The translations under genes were made by a program, and so were the position numbers. Below are positions 9,648 through 19,149 of a DNA stretch of 64,000 bases, in pieces (the first letter of the stretch is position 1; each line of letters opens with the position of its first letter). The notes beneath the pieces were generated by a model that worked only from the letters and a program-made list of their open reading frames with translations, had not been told where the DNA came from and did not search any database. Location: the sequence record MK373774.1; one strand, written 5' to 3'. The DNA is from Escherichia phage vB_EcoM_WFL6982.

Positions 9648-9656
9648 AATTTTCTC

Positions 9657-10970
9657 TCAAATAAAATGGACGTCAAAACGACCACGAGTCGTGCCGACAT
9701 ACAATAACTGTTTAGCTAATTCTGAATCAGCATAATGGATACACGGTGTATAAACAAAGGCCGTGTCAACAGACATACCCTGGGCCTTATGGAAGGTTGA
9801 TACTGGTAGTGCCTTCACCTTAGTGAACATACGTTTAGCATCCCAGAATTCGCTCCATGGAGCTTTACCGCCTTTATTCCAGAATTTGTATGTTTCTGCG
9901 GTCTTAGCCAAAAACAAATTGAATTTATAAAGCTCTTCTTCAGAAGAAATAACCTTTATATCTTCTCGGATATATTCTTCATCATCCCCATATGTTTCTA
10001 CTGTAAGATTCCAGTATCGTATCATATATTCACCTGAAACACCACGTGCTTTAACGAATGTAGACGTTTCTACAGCATCTCGAATACGAACGAATTGCCC
10101 ATTATTGAAAAGCATTTCAGTCATATTTTTGCCATCTAGCTTGTACGTCTTAGTAAACGGCTCTTGTAGAACAATGACTTCGTCTTTAATAAATGGTTTT
10201 TCTGTTTCAAGAAGTTTTCGGCGAATAATTGAATTTAACTTGTCCACCGACTTATTTGTGAATGCCATCATTCGATTTTCGAAAAGGTCTTCAGGAGTTT
10301 TAACGACGTTAAAATAGTTCATCATATACGATTTAAGGTCTGTATATCCGTGAACACCGTGTCCATCAACTACTTTATCGTAAATCCATTTGCCATTACG
10401 AATATCAGTCGCAACATCAATAATTGGTGCATTGCTACGTTTAACTTCTGTAAGGTTGCATTGCACGAAGTCTTTGTGAGTGAAGAAAGGACTTAGATAC
10501 GCAGTTGATTCGCCTGGGTCTACCGGTCGAATCTGGCATCGGTCGCCGATTCCAATTACTGTACACCATTTAGGGATACTAGCTAACATTATTTTAAACA
10601 GAGAACGGTCGCACATTGACGCTTCATCAAATAGCAGTACACGACACAAGGCTAAGTCGGGAACCTTTTTCTGTTCAAACAATACGTTTTCTTCGTATGT
10701 AGTTGGGTTGATTTTAAGAATGCTATGAATAGTCGATGCTTCTTGACCCGCAAGTTTGCTTAGAACCTTTTTAGCAGCATGTGTAGGGGCTGCTAAAATA
10801 ATACCTGATTCTCCTGAAGAAATAAGAGCTTCAACAATAAATCTAGTAAGGGTTGTTTTACCTGTACCAGCCGGTCCATTAATAGTTACATGATGTTTCT
10901 TTTCTTTAATAGCTTCCATAACAACGTTGAAGGCGTTTTTCTGGCCTTCAGTCAAATCATCAAATGTCAT
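9657..10970 (-). CDS. dda: Dda DNA helicase (SF1B)
   Basis: 437 aa; Walker A GPAGTGKTT; near-colinear with T4 Dda as recalled from memory. Confidence 0.92.
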   Translation of the reverse strand: MTFDDLTEGQKNAFNVVMEAIKEKKHHVTINGPAGTGKTTLTRFIVEALISSGESGIILAAPTHAAKKVLSKLAGQEASTIHSILKINPTTYEENVLFEQKKVPDLALCRVLLFDEASMCDRSLFKIMLASIPKWCTVIGIGDRCQIRPVDPGESTAYLSPFFTHKDFVQCNLTEVKRSNAPIIDVATDIRNGKWIYDKVVDGHGVHGYTDLKSYMMNYFNVVKTPEDLFENRMMAFTNKSVDKLNSIIRRKLLETEKPFIKDEVIVLQEPFTKTYKLDGKNMTEMLFNNGQFVRIRDAVETSTFVKARGVSGEYMIRYWNLTVETYGDDEEYIREDIKVISSEEELYKFNLFLAKTAETYKFWNKGGKAPWSEFWDAKRMFTKVKALPVSTFHKAQGMSVDTAFVYTPCIHYADSELAKQLLYVGTTRGRFDVHFI

Positions 10971-11278
10971 CGTAAAGTCCCTGCAATTGGAATACTAACA
11001 ATACGGCCTGTGTCCAGGATTCGTTGATACAATCTTTGCGTCTCCGCATCTAGTTTAATGTGTTTCATTTCAAGCTTATTAAACCAGAACTTACGCGGAG
11101 TTTCGACCATTCTTAGAACTCCCATTTTTAAATCTGTTTTATACTGTGTTTTCAAAGTATCGAAAACTTTATCCGCAATATCCTTTCTAAAAAATACTGC
11201 AGGACGATGCTCATCAAGTGGAACCGGGACAGTAAATCCTTCCATATCTCGATAAACTATTGCATATACATAAACCAT
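10967..11278 (-). CDS. hypothetical protein (dda.1 position)
   Basis: 103-aa ORF overlapping dda start by 4 nt. Confidence 0.5.
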   Translation of the reverse strand: MVYVYAIVYRDMEGFTVPVPLDEHRPAVFFRKDIADKVFDTLKTQYKTDLKMGVLRMVETPRKFWFNKLEMKHIKLDAETQRLYQRILDTGRIVSIPIAGTLR

Positions 11279-11280
11279 AA

Positions 11281-12027
11281 TTAACCTTTAATCAGTTGGA
11301 ATAATGATGCGCTAAGTGGTAAGCCACGTTTCAATTTTAATTTACCAATGAAACCAATCTTTTCAAAACGTTGCAGACCTTGGATAACTTTATCATATGT
11401 ATCGAAAAGCGATTCAGCGTCAGTTAATTTAGTTTTAGTTTTCCAGTCAGAGCCTTTAAGAAGAACGTTGAGTTTAGTAAGTTCATGGCCTTCTGCTTGA
11501 TGTGAGCCATTAATGCGTGCTTTCAAAGCAACAATTCTAAGTTTAGATTCGTTAGATAAAGGTTGATTTTTCATCATGTTCGCCATATGCTTAACACGAT
11601 TTTCACGTTTTGCTCGGATTTTTAAAATAGTATCATAAACATTTTTAATTTGGGCCCATTTCTTCTCGTCGAGATTAAGTTTCTCTACTTTACGGGCAGA
11701 AGGATTAGCGATACGTCTTGCAATGGCATCACGTTTCACAATAAGTTCTTCTAATGTTAAATCAGAACGAGCCGTGTTATATTTTTTCTTAACTGGGATA
11801 ACATTACCTTTAATGTAGCCTATATCATTATTAAAACGTTCTAAGGATAATTTCTCACCTTCAACAGAGTTATTAAAGGATTCACCTGAGTAAGCGCAGA
11901 CCTTTTGATCAAGAATGTTTTTAAGGTAATTAAAGTCTAAGTTAAAATCCTTAGAGCGTCTCTTCGCAGAAGCTCTGGTGTGGTCAAGACGACGATTGAT
12001 TTTGTTAATTTTATTATTTGATAACAT
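11281..12027 (-). CDS. srd: hypothetical protein, Srd-like by size and position
   Basis: 248-aa basic ORF between dda.1 and modA, as T4 srd (about 250 aa); not verified by motif. Confidence 0.4.
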   Translation of the reverse strand: MLSNNKINKINRRLDHTRASAKRRSKDFNLDFNYLKNILDQKVCAYSGESFNNSVEGEKLSLERFNNDIGYIKGNVIPVKKKYNTARSDLTLEELIVKRDAIARRIANPSARKVEKLNLDEKKWAQIKNVYDTILKIRAKRENRVKHMANMMKNQPLSNESKLRIVALKARINGSHQAEGHELTKLNVLLKGSDWKTKTKLTDAESLFDTYDKVIQGLQRFEKIGFIGKLKLKRGLPLSASLFQLIKG

Positions 12028-12179
12028 AATATTTTCCTCTGTCTTACGGACGTTAGGTCATTTAGCTGATAAGCTTATAATATCATGCCCTCAGGTAGTG
12101 TACACTCTTTTTTCATAAAATGCTTTAATTTTTTATGTGTTATAATGGTTCTGAGTTCCATCCGGTTATTCCAATTCAG

Positions 12180-12788
12180 TCAGTAACTGACAATAGACAG
12201 ATTCCAGATTGTATAACGTCCATCTTGAATAATAGAATCTACACGCAGTGTAGTCCCTATAGGGAGCATAAATTCACATTCGTCAGATATAAGTCTAGCA
12301 TTAGACCGTCTTGTCGCTTCAGGGAAAGCTCCATTGAACTCACAAGATGGAGCAGCCAGAATCATGTTAAGCATATGTTCACGGAAGTTGAAAGCAAATG
12401 GTGCATCTTTGATGCAGAACATATTAAATGTTCCGTAAAAATTATATGAAGCAAAGTTACGTGCTACACCGAACACTGGGCTGAAGCTCATTACTCTGTC
12501 AAATTTAATAATACTACCAATGCCTTTATCATCGAGTGTGGCCATAGTTTTCTTAGAGATTCCACGATACATTGTCTCAGGAACAGAAGACGTCCAATTT
12601 CTACGAACGATTGAACTTAACTCCTGTTGAATACAGTCTGGCTTGTTTTCCATACACTGCCACAGTACACTTTGTTCAATGTCGCTGAATTGACTATCAA
12701 TTTCGTACTGCAATACATCTTGATATTCGGGGTTTTGAGCACGACGAACCATTTCTTCAATTTCACACTCGTTATACGGCATAAACAT
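12180..12788 (-). CDS. modA: ADP-ribosyltransferase ModA-like
   Basis: 202 aa; paralog of adjacent ORF; YRG ... S-T ... E pattern typical of R-S-E ADP-ribosyltransferases; T4 modA/modB position. Confidence 0.6.
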   Translation of the reverse strand: MFMPYNECEIEEMVRRAQNPEYQDVLQYEIDSQFSDIEQSVLWQCMENKPDCIQQELSSIVRRNWTSSVPETMYRGISKKTMATLDDKGIGSIIKFDRVMSFSPVFGVARNFASYNFYGTFNMFCIKDAPFAFNFREHMLNMILAAPSCEFNGAFPEATRRSNARLISDECEFMLPIGTTLRVDSIIQDGRYTIWNLSIVSY

Positions 12789-12845
12789 TTAGGTTTCTCC
12801 TGTGGTTGATAAAGGTATAGTATCATCATCGGAAGAGTTTGTACA

Positions 12846-13427
12846 CTAAAAATTCAACATTTTCAAATGAATGATTTTGTATAATCGAGATAAAGGGTCA
12901 TATTCTAAGTCTTCAATTTCCACAATCTCAAATCTAGAGATACCTGAGACCATGTACTCTTGTTCAGATTCAATCATATCTAGGACGTCAACACGCGTTT
13001 CTTCCATAACATGCTTAGGGTTCTTTCCGGCGAGTACAATGTTAATCATGTTTTGGTAGTAATCAAAAATGAATGGAGCATTCCTGAGACTAAGAATAGT
13101 GTACGTCTGATATTCCCATCTCCCAGAGAATTGACGAGCTGTACTGAAATCAGTTGTGAACGATGTTACTCGTCCAGGAGACCAATGGCATCCAACAGAA
13201 AGAAGTGAAAGACGTTCTACTTCTTCTGGAGTTACACCACGGTAGAGTTCTACTGGTACTGTAGAAGTCATATGCTTACGAACAAGATGGTCTAACTCAT
13301 AGTGGAAATCCGGGTCTTCCTTAGAATCGGTGCAAGCCCAGAGAATGTTTTGTTCTTGGCGGGTGAATTTGCTATCAATCAGATTTGTTAGGTATTCACG
13401 TTCTTGAAGTTCAGATTGACATGTCAT
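12846..13427 (-). CDS. modB: ADP-ribosyltransferase ModB-like
   Basis: 193 aa; paralogous to 12180..12788 (LYRG, NAPFxF blocks). Confidence 0.6.
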   Translation of the reverse strand: MTCQSELQEREYLTNLIDSKFTRQEQNILWACTDSKEDPDFHYELDHLVRKHMTSTVPVELYRGVTPEEVERLSLLSVGCHWSPGRVTSFTTDFSTARQFSGRWEYQTYTILSLRNAPFIFDYYQNMINIVLAGKNPKHVMEETRVDVLDMIESEQEYMVSGISRFEIVEIEDLEYDPLSRLYKIIHLKMLNF

Positions 13428-13643
13428 GATAGACCTCCATTTAAAGATAAGCCTATCATAACACGAGAGGAGGGAATGTAAACTACTTTTTAAGCTTTCC
13501 TACTAAAGGTCCATCAGGGCCAGGTTGTTCTAACATGAATAAGGATGCTTTAAAAAGCAATGTCAACCCTTTCACCATTCGATACCATGTCTCAAAGTCT
13601 TTTTCCTTGATTTCTAATAAGAATTTCTCTTTCAATTTCTCTT

Positions 13644-13832
13644 TCATTTCCAAGGACTCCATGGTGGAGGGTCATCATAATAAGAGGCGAGGTCTTTCAG
13701 GACATCTAATGGTAAACTAAAGCCGTGTCGTTGTATAATACTATCTAGTTCATCAATAAGTTCACTACGATGCACTTTAGGAGCCTCAACTTCAGGCTCG
13801 TCAAACATACTCATAAGGTCCATATTATTCAC
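13644..13832 (-). CDS. hypothetical small acidic protein
   Basis: 62-aa ORF. Confidence 0.4.
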   Translation of the reverse strand: MNNMDLMSMFDEPEVEAPKVHRSELIDELDSIIQRHGFSLPLDVLKDLASYYDDPPPWSPWK

Positions 13833-14289
13833 CTAGATAAAAACTAGCTGGTTCAGAGAATGTTTCTAGCGCTACACCTTTTGTCTTAAAAAATTTCCAA
13901 ATAGCTCGTTGCAAATGGATTAAATCTGCTAATGATGTAATAAAGTATTTTTTGGCAAAATACTTGTGGTCTCGCTTTTCAAACAAGTCTAAACGCTTTT
14001 CAGGATTCACATAAACGGCATTTTCCGTAGATTCATAACCTAAGTCCTTTATGCCTTCTTCAAGACTAAACGGAGAATTTTTAGAACGAGTAATAGCTCC
14101 AACTCGCTCTACACGAATTTTGTAACCTTTAGGAATCTGCAATTTGCAGAATTCTTCTACGATATATTGCGGATTATTTAGACTTTTGTTAATGAGAATA
14201 GCTATTTCTAGTGGAGTCTTATCTTCTACTGGTATATGTTTAAACGACTTGGCTTCAAGCAAATACATTTTAAATAACATAGCATCCAT
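13825..14289 (-). CDS. hypothetical protein (mrh region)
   Basis: 154-aa ORF. Confidence 0.5.
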   Translation of the reverse strand: MDAMLFKMYLLEAKSFKHIPVEDKTPLEIAILINKSLNNPQYIVEEFCKLQIPKGYKIRVERVGAITRSKNSPFSLEEGIKDLGYESTENAVYVNPEKRLDLFEKRDHKYFAKKYFITSLADLIHLQRAIWKFFKTKGVALETFSEPASFYLGE

Positions 14290-14468
14290 TATAATTTCCT
14301 CGATGGTTCACCCATATAAAGTTTTACAATACGTTCGCCTTCATCTTCGACGAGCTTTTCTTCATGTTTCTGGAGTTCTTTGACCATTTTCTCTTCAAAA
14401 ACATCTAACCAATCTTCTGGTTCGACTCCATCATTCAAGCTTTTAAACCATTTTACTATTCTGTTCAT
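14289..14468 (-). CDS. hypothetical small protein
   Basis: 59-aa ORF (MNRIVKWFKSLNDG..) with stop/start overlaps to both neighbours; below ORF-track cut-off. Confidence 0.4.
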   Translation of the reverse strand: MNRIVKWFKSLNDGVEPEDWLDVFEEKMVKELQKHEEKLVEDEGERIVKLYMGEPSRKL

Positions 14469-14773
14469 TCACAGCTCCCTGAGCTTGAACCACAATCAGA
14501 ATAACTTGTCCCAGAATCACCAGGCCAAGACGATACGTATGAATGATTATAACTTGAAGAGCTTGAAGCAGACTTAGGACGAACAACTTCTTCCATCATT
14601 CCGTCACCGATATATTCCCAACTTTTTTCGTGTGTATCAGGAATAGGCATCATACCTTCGCCTGGTTTAGCAGCAAACAACTTCTTCAGTATCGTAAGCA
14701 TAAATGGTTCCTCTAACAAAACGAACACCACCATCATCCCAGCGGATTTCGGCATTAAATTTGATGTCTTCAC
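14465..14773 (-). CDS. hypothetical protein with Ser-rich low-complexity C-terminus (start uncertain)
   Basis: 102-aa ORF; overlaps 14667..14894 in another frame, so true start is probably an internal Met. Confidence 0.3.
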   Translation of the reverse strand: MKTSNLMPKSAGMMVVFVLLEEPFMLTILKKLFAAKPGEGMMPIPDTHEKSWEYIGDGMMEEVVRPKSASSSSSYNHSYVSSWPGDSGTSYSDCGSSSGSCE

Positions 14774-14894
14774 CGTCCATCATGAAAGAATGTACCACAA
14801 CATCATCATAGTATCCAAGGCCGTACTTTAATGAAACTTCTTGAGCAATCAAAGCGCCTAATGTGTTATTAGGTTTAATCCAACGATTTAACAT
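14667..14894 (-). CDS. hypothetical protein
   Basis: 75-aa ORF downstream of an early promoter. Confidence 0.4.
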   Translation of the reverse strand: MLNRWIKPNNTLGALIAQEVSLKYGLGYYDDVVVHSFMMDGEDIKFNAEIRWDDGGVRFVRGTIYAYDTEEVVCC

Positions 14895-14968
14895 ATTGTT
14901 CTCCTCTTGAGTAAGTAAGAATATCTTAACATAGTTTTTAGTGGATGTAAACTCTAGAAACGAAAAAA

Positions 14969-14988
14969 AGGAATCCCGAAGGATTCCT
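14969..14988 (-). terminator. rho-independent terminator downstream of soc
   Basis: AGGAATCC-cgaa-GGATTCCT 8-bp hairpin followed on the transcribed strand by UUUUUUU. Confidence 0.65.
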
Positions 14989-14996
14989 TAAATTAT

Positions 14997-15233
14997 TTAA
15001 CCACTTACTGGTGTAGGGGTAAACATTGCAGCGTTCTTAGTACGCCAATCTGCTGCGTCAGTCACCACAGTAGTGTAAGCAGCTTTTTCGGACGGGAAAG
15101 TCTGATAATGAGAATCTGCAATCCGATGTTCGTTTGAATAAATCTCAAACGGAACAGAAACTTCCATACCTTTAACTTCTTTGCCTTCACCAGCAGGATG
15201 CGTAAAGGTTTTGATGTTTACATAACCACCCAT
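14997..15233 (-). CDS. soc: small outer capsid protein Soc
   Basis: 78 aa; GYVNIKTF ... HYQTFPSEKAAY match T4 Soc as recalled; TATAAATA late promoter upstream. Confidence 0.9.
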   Translation of the reverse strand: MGGYVNIKTFTHPAGEGKEVKGMEVSVPFEIYSNEHRIADSHYQTFPSEKAAYTTVVTDAADWRTKNAAMFTPTPVSG

Positions 15234-15264
15234 AATTAACTCCTTTGTTGTTTAATTACAGGTG

Positions 15265-15272
15265 TATTTATA
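15265..15272 (-). promoter_or_regulatory. late promoter (TATAAATA) upstream of soc
   Basis: perfect TATAAATA on minus strand about 30 nt upstream of soc ATG, followed by AAGGAG SD. Confidence 0.65.
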
Positions 15273-15278
15273 ACTTAA

Positions 15279-15800
15279 TTAGTAACCATTATCCTGACGT
15301 TCAAAGTTGTGTTGGTTTTTCAAGTAGTAAAGTTTAAAGATTTCTTCTGCTGTAAGACCAAGACCCTGGAACATATTCAGAACGAAATGAAGAATATCAA
15401 TCATCTCAAATTTAATTTCAAGCTGGTCTTCAGGAGACAGTTCATCGATACGACGATTTCGATATTCAGCATGTTGTGCTTTCCATGGCTTCCATACACT
15501 GCTGGCAGCTTTTTCACCGTTGGACATACCACCAAGTGAAGTCAGCAGTTCACGGAATTCATCATCAATATAATCTTTCTGATTACGCAGCCAATCAACA
15601 ACATCGCCAGCAGTAGCCAATTCATCAGGATGTTTGTTATGTTCAGGCTTGTCATTTGCCAGACGAACCTGTAAAGATTTCTGCATATCAAGCATTACCT
15701 GCAGTGGGTCTTTATCTTCGTGAATCAGAGCATTAAAATAAGCTTCTTCTGCTTTATCAACACCAGAAATAAGTTGTGAACATTCGTTAAAGTGTGCCAT
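15279..15800 (-). CDS. 56: dCTP pyrophosphatase (dCTPase/dUTPase, MazG-like)
   Basis: start moved to ATG at 15800 (MAHFNE.., AAGGA SD); MazG-type all-alpha NTP-PPase; T4 gp56 position next to soc. Confidence 0.85.
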   Translation of the reverse strand: MAHFNECSQLISGVDKAEEAYFNALIHEDKDPLQVMLDMQKSLQVRLANDKPEHNKHPDELATAGDVVDWLRNQKDYIDDEFRELLTSLGGMSNGEKAASSVWKPWKAQHAEYRNRRIDELSPEDQLEIKFEMIDILHFVLNMFQGLGLTAEEIFKLYYLKNQHNFERQDNGY

Positions 15801-15888
15801 TATTTTTCCTTTCAATTCAGTATAAGAGAGTTAATTCTAACATTAATTTTATAAAGCGTAATAAATAATAGGTAACTAAGGAGATATT

Positions 15889-16086
15889 ATGTTTAAACTT
15901 CCATCGTTAATCAACGCTATTAAAGGCAATAAAAAGAAAACTGCTATCGCTGCAATAGTTGTAGGTGGCATTATTTCATGGAACTTCGGGATTGCACCAT
16001 TGTTAGTTGCCCATGGTGTTATGGTTCCTTCTGTTCCATTGGATACTGTAGTTGATTTGGCCTTTGCTATTATAGGGCTTGTTTAA
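15889..16086 (+). CDS. small hydrophobic membrane protein (only convincing plus-strand gene)
   Basis: 65-aa ORF with strong SD AAGGAG 8 nt upstream of ATG; hydrophobic segments; lies in divergent gap between 56 and 61. Confidence 0.55.
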   Translation: MFKLPSLINAIKGNKKKTAIAAIVVGGIISWNFGIAPLLVAHGVMVPSVPLDTVVDLAFAIIGLV

Positions 16087-17105
16087 ATCTTCGAATAACG
16101 AGATAATCTCATTTTAGCATGCAACCCACTTGAAATATTCTGTTTCATATATTCTAAAATTTCTTGTGGTGTTGCATTTTCTTTCATTACCATATCATTC
16201 ACATCCTTTGATCTCCATGGAGCTCGGTCCCAGAACATGACACGTTCGCCTGCATCAACTAATCGCTTCATGCGAGCTATAGTATCCGGATGCCTAGGTT
16301 CATTATCCATTACCCATACCCGTCGTTCTTTAAATGGTACCACATCTAAATCTATTGAGCCGCCTGTAATAGCGATTGCATTGGGTATGAATAAACTATC
16401 AATAGGGCCTTCCATTACCCAGACGTCCCCTTCCTTAACACGTTCAACACCATAAATTTTTGTTGCAGACTCAAACGCTTTAATAGTGATATATTTCTGA
16501 GGAGCATCTTTACGAAGTGCACGTCCTTGGAATGACTCGGCCTTCCCATCTTTATTAAAAATAGGAATAACTAAACGTGGTTCGGGAATCTCTTTCTTAT
16601 ACGTACCAGGTTGAATCTTGTTGACCAATTTGGGCCATTCTAATGTGAACCATAATCTGTTCCATGATTCTTTAGGAATACACCGAGACTTAACATATTT
16701 CACAATAGGATGCTCTTCAGGCAACTTGTCCAGACGAGAACAAGACGGCAAAGAATTTATAGTCTTTTTCTCCGGTTCTTGTTTATGTTCAGGAACCTTT
16801 TCAATCTTTGGTTCCATTCTAGCTTTTTCTTTACGAACTTCCATTAGATATTCGCGATAAAGCTCTTCATCATACTCTTTTAAGTATCCGGAAATTGTAT
16901 TGTGGTATTGACAGTTATAGCAATGTACATTACCAGGAGTACCGCCATAATACCATCCGCGAGCTTTCATTGCATCTGTCTGGGAGTCGCCACAAACTGG
17001 ACATCGAAATGTTAATTTAAATGTGCTTGAATTATTGATTTGTCTAAAACGAGGTAGGTGAGAAAACGCACGATAAGCAAATTCATTATCTATCCATTCA
17101 GCCAT
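16083..17105 (-). CDS. 61: DNA primase
   Basis: 340 aa; N-terminal zinc ribbon CPVCGDS..CYNC and TOPRIM-like domain; T4 gp61 size (342 aa) and position. Confidence 0.9.
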   Translation of the reverse strand: MAEWIDNEFAYRAFSHLPRFRQINNSSTFKLTFRCPVCGDSQTDAMKARGWYYGGTPGNVHCYNCQYHNTISGYLKEYDEELYREYLMEVRKEKARMEPKIEKVPEHKQEPEKKTINSLPSCSRLDKLPEEHPIVKYVKSRCIPKESWNRLWFTLEWPKLVNKIQPGTYKKEIPEPRLVIPIFNKDGKAESFQGRALRKDAPQKYITIKAFESATKIYGVERVKEGDVWVMEGPIDSLFIPNAIAITGGSIDLDVVPFKERRVWVMDNEPRHPDTIARMKRLVDAGERVMFWDRAPWRSKDVNDMVMKENATPQEILEYMKQNISSGLHAKMRLSRYSKI

Positions 17106-17144
17106 AGTATTCTCCAGAGGCCTTAAATTAATAAGGCCATCTTA

Positions 17145-17639
17145 TCACAACTTATTAATATTTACTTTAATTCGCTTTCTTTTCTTGGAAGGAATTTGTT
17201 CGGGACCTTTATTTACAATTGCACCTGTAGTAGTTCCTGATGCAATAGCTTGAGGACTGCCACCCGAATCGCCAGCAACCATATCCTCAAATAAAGGGAG
17301 CTCTTTAAATATTTCTTTCTGTTGTTCTTCCGTAATGTTATAGCGTGAAGCTACAGCACTCCAGGCAGACATCATTGAGGCCATTCCATTAAGACCTGGA
17401 ACAGTGCTCATCATTCGCTTCATTGAACGAACTGAAGCATGAAAAGGTGTATAAGCCGCTTTCTCTTCAGGAGTAGAAGGACGTTTAAGAACACTTCCAC
17501 GTTCATCGATGATTTTGGCTTCGTATGCTTTCCATTCGGTAAAAGGTTTTTGCATTAGTCGAATAAACTTATATGCGTAAACAGAATCTATTGCAGTGTT
17601 AATAATACCCATAGGTACCTCCTGAGTATATTTAATCAA
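17145..17639 (-). CDS. hypothetical protein
   Basis: 164-aa ORF. Confidence 0.55.
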   Translation of the reverse strand: MIKYTQEVPMGIINTAIDSVYAYKFIRLMQKPFTEWKAYEAKIIDERGSVLKRPSTPEEKAAYTPFHASVRSMKRMMSTVPGLNGMASMMSAWSAVASRYNITEEQQKEIFKELPLFEDMVAGDSGGSPQAIASGTTTGAIVNKGPEQIPSKKRKRIKVNINKL

Positions 17640-17829
17640 TTACAAAGATTGCTTTGTCACCATTTATATCTGTTACTTCATATGTAGTGCCTTCATACTG
17701 TGGAATATTCCAAATTACACCATCATTAGCTTTTACGCTAATATGGCATTGGTGTTTTGAAACAACTTCATAATCTTCAAAACTTGTAAAAACACTAATT
17801 TTAGAACCAGTGCAAATTGCAGTAGTCAT
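17632..17829 (-). CDS. hypothetical protein
   Basis: 65-aa ORF. Confidence 0.45.
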   Translation of the reverse strand: MTTAICTGSKISVFTSFEDYEVVSKHQCHISVKANDGVIWNIPQYEGTTYEVTDINGDKAIFVID

Positions 17830-17830
17830 T

Positions 17831-18490
17831 TTAACCTCGATTCATAAATGCATTAAATATTTGGTCATCAACAGAAATTTCTAATTCGACTTCAATTGCT
17901 TCAGCCTTTTCTTCAGGTGGTAATTCGTATCCACACACTACAATTTTTTCATCGATATCAAAATATACAGAAGCAATACTATTAATGTTATTTTCAGTTA
18001 AGTCCAAATCAACACCAACATCTTTTTGGCCTACACTTAGAGGATAACTAATACGGGTTATTTTATTATCTTTAACAAAGAGTCCACCAACATACTCTGT
18101 ACTACGTTTGAAGTTTACACGTTTCCGAATTGAAAGATATGATACATCTTTACCGTGAGCTCGGCTCATAGGACATAATGAATAGCTAGAATAAGAGATG
18201 TCAAATCCTACACCTTCAATATGAGCCAACGTGTCACGATTAAACCAATTATAATCATATGCCAAATCCATTATATTGTAATATGTGAAAGGCACAGGAT
18301 TAACATCATATGTTGTACCTTTAAAATCTGCCCAGGCAACGATTTCGTTATCTTTAACAATTACAAAAATTACACCAATATGGTATCCGTTATTATTTTC
18401 ATTAGGCGTTATATTATAACATTGTGCATTAGGAAATTTACCATATTTAAACGGCGCGTTTTTGTGCATATAATAAATCATATTATTCAC
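17831..18490 (-). CDS. hypothetical protein
   Basis: 219-aa ORF. Confidence 0.55.
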   Translation of the reverse strand: MNNMIYYMHKNAPFKYGKFPNAQCYNITPNENNNGYHIGVIFVIVKDNEIVAWADFKGTTYDVNPVPFTYYNIMDLAYDYNWFNRDTLAHIEGVGFDISYSSYSLCPMSRAHGKDVSYLSIRKRVNFKRSTEYVGGLFVKDNKITRISYPLSVGQKDVGVDLDLTENNINSIASVYFDIDEKIVVCGYELPPEEKAEAIEVELEISVDDQIFNAFMNRG

Positions 18491-18776
18491 CTGTGATTTC
18501 GGTTACGATATCTTTGTTATCGAAATTAGGGTCACAATACAAAACATAGTTGTACTGCATGATACCGCCAGACTTAAGTTGTTCAACAACTTTATTAACC
18601 ATATTAGGACGGTCTCGTTTAGTGATGTTCATGATATCAGAGAAGATTTGTTGTTCAACATCTTCTTGATTTGCAGTCATTGACCACTCACAGAGGTCTT
18701 TATCATAACCTGCCGTAACTGGAGCCGGTGCACATGATACTGCAAGTAAGATTGCTGCCAATGATAACTTTTTCAT
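18483..18776 (-). CDS. sp: Spackle periplasmic protein (superinfection/lysis-from-without resistance)
   Basis: 97 aa; signal peptide MKKLSLAAILLAVSCAPAPVTA; GYDKDLCEWSMTA ... SGGxMQYNYVLYCD resembles T4 Sp as recalled. Confidence 0.8.
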   Translation of the reverse strand: MKKLSLAAILLAVSCAPAPVTAGYDKDLCEWSMTANQEDVEQQIFSDIMNITKRDRPNMVNKVVEQLKSGGIMQYNYVLYCDPNFDNKDIVTEITGE

Positions 18777-18839
18777 TTTAACTCCTTAGTTGATTTGATA
18801 TGACTACTATACTATAGTCCATCTATAATGTAAACAAGT

Positions 18840-19088
18840 TTATTCTTTTTCGCGAATAATAATTACTTGTTGAGGCTGCTGAGCTGATTTCTTTTCGGCA
18901 ACGATAGACCAAATTAAAGTTCCAATCCAACCAACCATCGTCCAGTTAAAGAGTAAAGATACAAAGAAGATTGCTGTTGTGCTTTTTGTGCCACGAATAA
19001 GTGCGATTACCCAAGGCAACATGTAAATGATGATTGAACCAATACCTGCGATTAAAACTGCTACTGAACTAGCTACGAATAATTCCAT
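18840..19088 (-). CDS. small integral membrane protein
   Basis: 82 aa, two or three predicted TM helices. Confidence 0.5.
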   Translation of the reverse strand: MELFVASSVAVLIAGIGSIIIYMLPWVIALIRGTKSTTAIFFVSLLFNWTMVGWIGTLIWSIVAEKKSAQQPQQVIIIREKE

Positions 19089-19149
19089 GTTAATTTCCTC
19101 TTGATTTGTTATGTTTATAGTATCTTGTTTTAACTTTGGTGTAAACCAA

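Noticed and set aside
12135-12449. 104-aa plus-strand ORF overlapping modA
   Set aside because: Antisense to the modA-like gene; starts inside the promoter-rich srd-modA gap with no SD
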